Shown: piece by piece, positions 56,816 through 64,000 of the stretch
How the letters are laid out: the number at the start of each line of letters is the position of its first letter
How positions within the stretch are numbered: the first letter of the stretch is position 1
Source: a virus
DNA length: 64,000 nt
Direction: 5' to 3' (one strand)
IMG/VR virus record: IMGVR_UViG_3300020160_002696
Span: 22,851-86,850 of that record
Notes under the pieces: model-generated
Databases searched by the model: none
Seen by the model: the letters and a program-made list of their open reading frames with translations, nothing else
Told to the model about the DNA's origin: nothing
Translations under genes and position numbers: made by a program

Positions 56816-59365
56816 CTAAGATCCACATGCAATGCAATCATCAGGTGAATCCAAGGAACAGCTTATCTCAGCCATTTGCTCTTCAACAGTTTTTACTTCT
56901 GCTTGTGTAGTGAATTTAATAGCATCACCTGCTGCTTTATTTCTCAAGTAATAGATACCAGTTTTTAATGCTGATTTCTTTTCTCTGTAAAATCTTGGTT
57001 TTCCTGTTTTGTCATAAACAACTTCAACATTATCACCTTGTGGAATTATTGCAACACCACTCTCATCTAATATAAGATTTCTTCTTCCCCAACCATAGAA
57101 ATGCATTGCTGTTAACTTTGCAAAGTTTGGTGAATCCATAAAGATATTCATTGATTGTGTTTGATCAATAAATGCTCCTCTATCTGCAGCCATATCAATA
57201 ACATCTTTTTGTTTAATCTCATAAACAGTTTTGAATACTTCTTTCACATGAGTTGGTATTTCAGGTATGTTTTGAACAGAACCATTTTCAACAATGATTT
57301 TCTTTCTAATTGAATCAGACCAAATACCTAATTTAACTAATTCTTTTACAAGGTATTTATTTACAAGTATAAAAGTACCAGATAAAACACCTCTTGTGTA
57401 CATATTTGAAGTTTGTGCTTCACAACTTGCTTCATTTCCTAAGATAGATGCGGTTGATGCAGTTGGCATAATACAAGTAGTTAAAGAGTTTCTAACACCA
57501 TGTTTTTTAATATCTTCTCTTAATTTATCCCAATCCCATCTTTTTGTTGGTTTTGTACCCCATAAATCAAATTGAAATTTTCCTTGTGATATTGGAGAAC
57601 CAGCATAAGTAGCATAGGCACCATCAACTTTAGCTAAGTCACAAGAAGCTTTGATTGAAGCATAATAAATAGTTTCAAATATCTCTTTGTTAAGTGATTT
57701 TGCTTCATCAGAATCATATGCAAATCCAACTTGAAAAAATACATCTGCTAACCCTTGAACACCTAAACCAATTGGTCTGTGTAACAAGTTTGAGAATCTT
57801 GCAACTGGTGATGGATAGTAATTCACATCAATAACTTTATTCAAGTTAATAGTAGCACTATAAGCAACATCATATAACTTATTAAAGTTGTAAGTTTTGT
57901 TTTTATTAACAAACTTAGGAAGTGCAATAGAAGCTAAGTTACAAACTGCAGTTTCATTAACAGATTCTTGTCCAAAGAATTCACCTAATCCAAGTTTCTC
58001 TAATAACTCTTTATTTTGTAATATCTCACCTTGTGTTTTAGTAATTCCTGTTGCTTCAACAATTTCAGCACATAGATTAGAACTTCTAACTACACCAATG
58101 TTTGCTTGATTAGACTTCTCATTAATAGAGTCTTTGTATAAAATATAAGGAGTTCCAGTTTCAATTTGAGATTCAAGAATTTTGTTCCATACATCTCTTG
58201 CCTTTACCACTTTTTTGAATCTACCTTGTGCTTCATATCCTGTATATAATTCTTTAAATTCTTTACCATAAGTCTCAGTTAATCCAGGACATTCATGTGG
58301 ACACATTAAAGACCAGTCTTCATCTAAGTCAACTCTTTCCATAAATAAATCATTAGTCCACATAGCTAAGAATAAATCTCTTGCTCTTAATTCTTCAGCA
58401 CCTTGATTTTTTCTTAAATCTAAGAAATCCATAATATCAGCATGCCAAGGTTCCATATAAATTGCTATTGAACCTTTTCTTTTTCCTCCACCTTGGTCAA
58501 CTGCTCTTGCAGTTTCATTGTAGATTTTTAAGAAAGGAATAATACCATTTGAAGTACCATTAGTTCCTGCAATATAAGTTCCTTTTGCTCTTACTTTTGT
58601 AAAAGAAATACCAATACCACCTGCATTTTTAGAAATTTGTGCAGACTCTTTTAGTGTATTGAAGATACCTTCAATTGAATCATTCTCAACATCTAATAAG
58701 AAACAAGATGATAATTGTGGTCTACCTGTTCCTGAGTTGAATAAAGTTGGAGTTGCATGAGTATAGTAACCTTCTGATAATAATTTGTAAGTTTCAATAG
58801 CTCCTTCAATGTCTTCACCACATATTTGTAGTGCAGTTCTCATATACATATATTGTGGTCTTTCTGCCACTTTACCATTAACTTTTAATAAGTATGATTT
58901 TTCTAATGTTTTAAAACCAAAGTAATCAAAGTTGTGGTCTCTTGAGTGTACAATTGCAGAGTCTAATTCATCAGCATGTTTTAACACTAATTTGTGAAAT
59001 TGCTCTGATACAATTGGTGAATGTTTTCTAGTTTTAGGATCTACATATTTGTATAATTCTGTAACTGTTTCTGAGAAACTTTTCTTAGTTTCTTTATGTA
59101 ATGCAGTAATTGCTAATCTTGCTGCTAATGTTGAATAATCTGGATGTTTTGTTGTAAGAGAAGCTGCAGTTTCCATTGCTAACTGATCTAAAACAGAAGT
59201 CTGAATATCAGGCATAATACCTTCAATTACTTTTTGTGCAACTTCAAATGGTACAATCCATTTCTGGTCTAAACCATAGGTTTGTTGGGTTATTCTATCT
59301 AAGATTTTGTCTAACATGACTGGCTCTTTCTTACCATTTCTTTTTATTACTTTTATCATGCTCAT
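56816..59365 (-). CDS. nrdA: Ribonucleoside-diphosphate reductase class Ia, alpha subunit, with ATP cone
   Basis: VIKRNG ATP cone, ATPTLFN, QLSSCFL, SNLCAEI, CNLAS, MPTAST, LKTGIYY, C-terminal CIAC. Confidence 0.97.
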   Translation of the reverse strand: MSMIKVIKRNGKKEPVMLDKILDRITQQTYGLDQKWIVPFEVAQKVIEGIMPDIQTSVLDQLAMETAASLTTKHPDYSTLAARLAITALHKETKKSFSETVTELYKYVDPKTRKHSPIVSEQFHKLVLKHADELDSAIVHSRDHNFDYFGFKTLEKSYLLKVNGKVAERPQYMYMRTALQICGEDIEGAIETYKLLSEGYYTHATPTLFNSGTGRPQLSSCFLLDVENDSIEGIFNTLKESAQISKNAGGIGISFTKVRAKGTYIAGTNGTSNGIIPFLKIYNETARAVDQGGGKRKGSIAIYMEPWHADIMDFLDLRKNQGAEELRARDLFLAMWTNDLFMERVDLDEDWSLMCPHECPGLTETYGKEFKELYTGYEAQGRFKKVVKARDVWNKILESQIETGTPYILYKDSINEKSNQANIGVVRSSNLCAEIVEATGITKTQGEILQNKELLEKLGLGEFFGQESVNETAVCNLASIALPKFVNKNKTYNFNKLYDVAYSATINLNKVIDVNYYPSPVARFSNLLHRPIGLGVQGLADVFFQVGFAYDSDEAKSLNKEIFETIYYASIKASCDLAKVDGAYATYAGSPISQGKFQFDLWGTKPTKRWDWDKLREDIKKHGVRNSLTTCIMPTASTASILGNEASCEAQTSNMYTRGVLSGTFILVNKYLVKELVKLGIWSDSIRKKIIVENGSVQNIPEIPTHVKEVFKTVYEIKQKDVIDMAADRGAFIDQTQSMNIFMDSPNFAKLTAMHFYGWGRRNLILDESGVAIIPQGDNVEVVYDKTGKPRFYREKKSALKTGIYYLRNKAAGDAIKFTTQAEVKTVEEQMAEISCSLDSPDDCIACGS

Positions 59366-59467
59366 TTATTAATTTTTTGTTTTTTATATATTGAATTAAT
59401 TTTCTCTGTAAAAAAATCAATATTTTGTTTTTTATTGGTTTTTTATAATACAAAAAATAATTTATTT

Positions 59468-60415
59468 TTATAAAAAATCTATGTTATTCAGTTTGTTTAA
59501 GTTATACTTAAATTTTGTATTATTTAATATTTTGGTTATTTGTTTAATATTTACATTATAAATATTTTCATAAGAATCCACCTTAAAAGAATTTTCTTCA
59601 TAGTGTGTTTCCATTACAACACCTGTTATTATTTTTTCTTCTTCTGTGATTTGGTCAATCCAAAAGAATTCTACTTCTGTTCCTTCATAGATATTTCTAT
59701 TTGTAATATCTTTAGAATTGAAGTTTTTACCAATATGGTCTTGTAGTTCATTTATAATCATATTTCTCCATTTGTTGTCTAATAACTTAAACATATTAAA
59801 CAAATTATCAGAAAAGTAAACTGATAATTCATTGAAAAGTTCAACATTAGTAAAACTCTCATCTTTAAGATGACTTTTCAATAGAGAATAGTAATTATTA
59901 AAATCTACTCTTGATGGTTTTCTTCTATTATTTAAAAAGTTAATAGAAGTATGTTCTCCTAAGATAGCATAAACTCTTTCTTTAACTAATTTAGATCTAA
60001 CATACATCTCATTATCAATAGATTCAAAGTGGTAATTAGAACCTCTATCTACCTCTATTGTTTCTTTATAATATCCTGAGAATAAATCTGCGGTATCATC
60101 TTCATCTACAGGATCATCTTTTTTACCTTTAAATATGGAGTCATATTTCAAAGAGTGTTTACCTTCTATTTTATGTTTAGAAAGTACAATATCATCATTT
60201 TCAGAAGTAGTAGGTTTTACTTCTTCTATTAAGTCAAGTTCATCTTCATTAATCTCAATAATAATATCTAAATTATCATCATCATCTTCAAAATCTAAAC
60301 CACCTGAACTTGAGTCATCTGAATCATCTTCATCAAATTCCTCCATTGAAGGTCCTTCAAAATCACTTTCAAAGTCATTTTCAAAGTCATCATCTTCATC
60401 TATAATCTTGGTCAT
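59468..60415 (-). CDS. Hypothetical protein with very acidic N-terminus
   Basis: 315 aa between the helicase and nrdA. Confidence 0.8.
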   Translation of the reverse strand: MTKIIDEDDDFENDFESDFEGPSMEEFDEDDSDDSSSGGLDFEDDDDNLDIIIEINEDELDLIEEVKPTTSENDDIVLSKHKIEGKHSLKYDSIFKGKKDDPVDEDDTADLFSGYYKETIEVDRGSNYHFESIDNEMYVRSKLVKERVYAILGEHTSINFLNNRRKPSRVDFNNYYSLLKSHLKDESFTNVELFNELSVYFSDNLFNMFKLLDNKWRNMIINELQDHIGKNFNSKDITNRNIYEGTEVEFFWIDQITEEEKIITGVVMETHYEENSFKVDSYENIYNVNIKQITKILNNTKFKYNLNKLNNIDFL

Positions 60416-60436
60416 AGTTTAATTTTATTTTATCTT

Positions 60437-61768
60437 TTATACAGCATCAATAAACTGGTCTCCTTCTAAAGTTAAGTAGGTAGGATTTAAGTTTACTCTA
60501 ATTTGGGATTGTGAGAAATCACCATCTCTCTGTTTTAAGAGTTTGAATCTGTATAAATTCTGTCTTTTCATTTCTTCTGTTCTAATAATAACAAAGAAAC
60601 TATCAGCAGTTTCTGCAATTGCTTTAGACTCTGGTATACTTTCAAGTGTAATATCTGATGCATTCCAAGCATCCTTAGCAACTTGTACAGCACTTAGTAC
60701 TGGACACTTCCATTTTGCAGCAAGGCCTCTTAAACCCTCTGCAAGTTGTTTACCTTTAGTGTAAAGGTTATCTGAACCAATCCCTTTGATTGGTGCAATA
60801 AGAGTAATGTAATCAACTATAACAAAGTCAATCTTAACATCTTTCTTTTCTTTTAATTTCTGTAAATAATTGTCAAAGTCATTAACTGTTGCAGTTCCTG
60901 CTGCCCAGAATTTACAAAGGATTTTACCAACTTTCTTGTTGAAAATATCCCCGCCTTCTGCTTGACTTAAAGCATCAATTCGTTTCTTAATGAAAGAACC
61001 ATCCTTAGATATATTATCATAATCATTAATAGGAATTCTCAAACGCATAGAACCTAAACGTTTCATTACTTTCTTCTCAGTCATTTCTAATGAAATATAT
61101 AAAACATTGTAACCCATATCTGCTGCCTTAACTGCAAAGTTTTGCATCCATAAACTTTTACCTGCATTTGTAGCAGCCATAATTAAGTTCAATGATGCTT
61201 GGTCCCAACCACCACCTAACATATGGTCAATAGTTTCAAATCCACTTTTTACTTTTAGAGCAGATGTATTTTGATTATGAGATTCAGGATCATCAAAGTC
61301 AGAACCCATATCTTCATCATCAACAAAGTTAGTACTTGACATTTCATCTACAATAGCTTTAATTCTATTTGCAGCATCCATTGCTTTTTCAAAATCATTA
61401 ATTGAATCAAGTCCTCTTGTTTCATCAATGATGTCAACTGTTCCAGTTTTAAGACGATTTGATAAAACCCATGCATTAAACTTTGGTTCAATAAATTTCT
61501 TTTCATCATATTCTTTAAGATCTACTTGTAAAATTGATTTTAATATATCTTTAGTAATAATACCATCTTTGTCTTCTAATGTTACCATATCAAGAATTTG
61601 TCTTGGAGAAGGTATGGCAGTATCAGAAGCTTTTAACATATAATCTCTGACAACATTATACACAAATTGTATCTCAGCATTTCTGTAAAAGAATGGTTTG
61701 ACCACATCAAAGAACTTTTTATTCTTTAATATGTAGCTGAAAAAAATTTTTTCTAATTGTGGTGTCAT
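60437..61768 (-). CDS. dnaB: Replicative DNA helicase (T4 gp41/DnaB family)
   Basis: Walker A AATNAGKS, ISLEM, VDYI, AVQ, ESKAIAETAD, KQR. Confidence 0.92.
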   Translation of the reverse strand: MTPQLEKIFFSYILKNKKFFDVVKPFFYRNAEIQFVYNVVRDYMLKASDTAIPSPRQILDMVTLEDKDGIITKDILKSILQVDLKEYDEKKFIEPKFNAWVLSNRLKTGTVDIIDETRGLDSINDFEKAMDAANRIKAIVDEMSSTNFVDDEDMGSDFDDPESHNQNTSALKVKSGFETIDHMLGGGWDQASLNLIMAATNAGKSLWMQNFAVKAADMGYNVLYISLEMTEKKVMKRLGSMRLRIPINDYDNISKDGSFIKKRIDALSQAEGGDIFNKKVGKILCKFWAAGTATVNDFDNYLQKLKEKKDVKIDFVIVDYITLIAPIKGIGSDNLYTKGKQLAEGLRGLAAKWKCPVLSAVQVAKDAWNASDITLESIPESKAIAETADSFFVIIRTEEMKRQNLYRFKLLKQRDGDFSQSQIRVNLNPTYLTLEGDQFIDAV

Positions 61769-61828
61769 TTATTTGGTTATTTACTTATTTATTATTATAT
61801 AAAAAGTAATACCTAAGTTTACAAATAA

Positions 61829-62629
61829 TTACTGTTCATTAATCATTTCACCTTCTTTTGGATCAGTTCCAAAAGTTGAAAGCTTTTTAATACTAGTGGT
61901 TTCTAATTCATCAATGATTTCTTTCTCATCTTTATTACTAATATTAAGTCTTCTTTTTAGCTTATGTACTAATTCTGTAATACCATGTTTAGTTACTATT
62001 GTTGCAATACCCAATGATAATCCTAAAAAGTTTGCCAAAAAAGTTTGTAAGTTCATATCATATTTACCAACAATATATGAAATACCATTTAAGACAGGTA
62101 TTAAAATTGTAGTGTATGCAAACATATCAATAAATCCATTTACCACAGTATTTATATGCTTACCTATTAATTGAAAAATATTTTTGATTGATTGAAATGC
62201 TTTAATAACATCTTTAACTATTCCATTTCCAATACCCATCATTCTCAATTCTTCTAACATAGATTTGGAATCTTTTGTCAAAATATCTTCTTCTTCACCA
62301 TCTTTAAACTTTTTCTCTTCTAAATAAATTATAGAAAATGCACAAATAGTAAGAAGTACAACTTTACTTGGATCCATTTCAATTGAATCAATATTCATAT
62401 TTTTTAATAAACTATCAACTATAGGATAAAAAGCAGTCATACCAGTACCAAATGTAGAAATTAAACGAGTATTTAATCTCAAATCTTTCATAGTCTTAGT
62501 TTGAATTCTCTTATATGACGGTTTTCTAACACCACCACTTGATTCTTTTATTGGCATATCAAATGAATCTAAGAAATCTTGTGCCATCTTGTCATAAAGA
62601 GCATACTCTTCTAATCTTTGTATCTTCAT
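61829..62629 (-). CDS. Hypothetical protein with several hydrophobic helices
   Basis: 266 aa; TAATATATA upstream. Confidence 0.75.
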   Translation of the reverse strand: MKIQRLEEYALYDKMAQDFLDSFDMPIKESSGGVRKPSYKRIQTKTMKDLRLNTRLISTFGTGMTAFYPIVDSLLKNMNIDSIEMDPSKVVLLTICAFSIIYLEEKKFKDGEEEDILTKDSKSMLEELRMMGIGNGIVKDVIKAFQSIKNIFQLIGKHINTVVNGFIDMFAYTTILIPVLNGISYIVGKYDMNLQTFLANFLGLSLGIATIVTKHGITELVHKLKRRLNISNKDEKEIIDELETTSIKKLSTFGTDPKEGEMINEQ

Positions 62630-62726
62630 AGACTTATATATTAAAATATTTTTTCATTTTTATTAAAAAAGCAGGAAAAGCAGAAAAAAACATTAATATA
62701 TATACTAAAATAAAATAGCTAAAACC

Positions 62727-63233
62727 ATGAAACACATAAAAAAATTTGAAAACTTTGATTTTGGAAGATTCAATGATGAAGACGAAGTAAAAGATCCAAA
62801 CTTTGAAGAACAAGACTTTACTGACTCTGACTCAGAAGAGGAAGAATTTGCTAATGAAGTAGAAGATGAGGATGAAGAAAGATATGAAGATGAAGAACAA
62901 GAAGAACAAGAAGAAGATGATCACAGAATCAGAAGATGGGGTGATGAAGAAGTAGTGGAAAAGAAAAAAGTTAATCCAGGTTTTCAAGCTTATTTAGATA
63001 AACAAAAAGGTAAAAAGGCAGATAAAGGCAATGATAAAAAAGGTGGTAAAAAAGGTAAACCAGATTTCTTAGATATTGATAAAGATGGTGATAAAAAAGA
63101 AACTATGAAGAAAGCAACCAAAGATGCTAAAGATGATAAAAAAGATGATAAAGGTGGTAAAAAAGGTTTAACAGCTGGTCAAAAGAAATTACCAGAAGCA
63201 ATGCAAAAAGCTATTTTGAAAAAACAAAAATAA
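62727..63233 (+). CDS. Bipartite acidic/basic protein with leader motif (putative internal head protein)
   Basis: MKHIKKFENF; D/E-rich N half, K-rich C half with PDFLDIDKDGDKKE. Confidence 0.8.
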   Translation: MKHIKKFENFDFGRFNDEDEVKDPNFEEQDFTDSDSEEEEFANEVEDEDEERYEDEEQEEQEEDDHRIRRWGDEEVVEKKKVNPGFQAYLDKQKGKKADKGNDKKGGKKGKPDFLDIDKDGDKKETMKKATKDAKDDKKDDKGGKKGLTAGQKKLPEAMQKAILKKQK

Positions 63234-63235
63234 GA

Positions 63236-63419
63236 ATGAAACATTTAGTAAAGTTTAATGAAGATATTAAAGTAGATTCTAGAAAAATTAAAGATATTCT
63301 TAGTAGTGATATAATTAAAAAAATTAAAAAATTACGTTGTATGGGGGTCTAATGTTGAATGTGTTGGATATGAGGATGCAAAAAAAGATATTATAGAACT
63401 TATAAAAAAAGAAAAATAA
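63236..63419 (+). pseudogene. Small leader-motif gene with apparent +1 frameshift in an A-run
   Basis: MKHLVKFNED... stops after 38 aa; removing one A near 63325-63331 extends it to a stop just before the next gene. Confidence 0.5.
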
Positions 63420-63424
63420 TAATT

Positions 63425-63601
63425 ATGAAGATTAAGAAATTTAATGAAGAATTCTTTGGTGGTGCAGAAGGTCAGGTAAATATTAATATTGATGGTGATG
63501 GACTAGTTAAAGAAGCAGTTATTAATGAAATTAAAAAATTATTAAAAAATATGGGTGGTGATATAAATCTATCAGTTGATGGTGAAAAAATTAACATATA
63601 A
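63425..63601 (+). CDS. 58-aa protein with leader motif
   Basis: Manual translation MKIKKFNEEFFGGAEGQVNINIDGDG... Confidence 0.7.
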   Translation: MKIKKFNEEFFGGAEGQVNINIDGDGLVKEAVINEIKKLLKNMGGDINLSVDGEKINI

Positions 63602-63623
63602 TAATAATAATAAATTTAAAAAC

Positions 63624-63651
63624 AAAAAAGACCCAAATTGGGTCTTTTTTT
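63624..63651. terminator. Bidirectional terminator
   Basis: AAAAAAGACCC-AAATT-GGGTCTTTTTT. Confidence 0.85.
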
Positions 63652-64000
63652 ATGAAGTAACTTTAATGTTAATTCTCTTTATTGCATTTTGTACCCAATC
63701 AGGTAAAAATTGTGAACTATGTTTCATCACATCACCAAATGAACCATCTATAATAATAGTATCTGCATAATCCTTATTAGATCTAACTGGTCTACCACTC
63801 ATCTGAATAATTCCAGAAACTGTCTTCCAAGAATACCAATCAGGATTATTACTTTGTCTCATTTTGTTTTTCTGAGATCCTAAAGTTGGATAAGGAATTT
63901 TGGCTATAATTTGAAATCTTGCCAAATCATCATCAAAAGAAACTCCAGTGTCCATAGATGGTGAAACTATTACAGTAGGTTTATCACTCTCACAATGCAT
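63650..64000 (-). CDS. DinG/XPD-family helicase, C-terminal part (partial)
   Basis: SPSMDTGVSF, IIAKIPYP, IQMSGRPVRS..DYA..IIID. Confidence 0.88.
   Translation of the reverse strand: MHCESDKPTVIVSPSMDTGVSFDDDLARFQIIAKIPYPTLGSQKNKMRQSNNPDWYSWKTVSGIIQMSGRPVRSNKDYADTIIIDGSFGDVMKHSSQFLPDWVQNAIKRINIKVTS

Noticed and set aside
56816-61768. Inteins or introns in nrdA and the helicase
   Set aside because: The ORFs are continuous and of normal length; the inserts are too short and lack C...HN termini.
63300-63350. Programmed frameshift in the 63236 gene
   Set aside because: The shift lies in an A homopolymer, so a consensus error is the simpler explanation; recorded only as a feature.
1-64000. Stop-codon reassignment as in Lak or some crAss-like phages
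   Set aside because: Conserved genes are full length in the standard code and coding density is high.
1-64000. tRNA, rRNA, CRISPR array, integrase or transposase
   Set aside because: No cloverleaf, repeat-spacer array or recombinase motif was seen; intergenic gaps are short.

Overview
A 64 kb, very AT-rich, densely coded fragment of a large T4-like (jumbo-type myovirus) phage genome, standard genetic code. The host is most likely a Bacteroidota/Flavobacterium-like bacterium, because several genes carry TTTG-N20-TAnnTTTG promoters and some proteins carry Flavobacteriia-type motifs. Recognisable core genes: gp46/SbcC ATPase (partial), PhoH, RecA/UvsX, RuvC-like resolvase, class Ia NrdA, gp41/DnaB helicase, DinG-like helicase (partial), a DNA methyltransferase, two free-standing endonucleases, and two virion blocks (5-20 kb, 47-52 kb) with collagen-like and gp53-like fibres. 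The most striking unexplained structure is two mutually exclusive peptide tags, each shared by many unrelated proteins. (1) About 25 proteins begin with an M-K-x-[IL]-K-x-[FY]-x-E leader resembling the T4 capsid-targeting sequence, mostly behind a TAATATATA promoter-like box. (2) About 13 other proteins carry an R-x-x-K-[IL]-x-x-[IL]-[LG] helix, including three mini-proteins that appear to be fragments of major capsid and tail sheath proteins fused to this motif. Also noted: a 50-aa protein ending in an SSB-like DLPF tail, two candidate structured RNAs, three +1 frameshifts and strong CG depletion. All functional calls come from motif recognition by eye; no searches were run.
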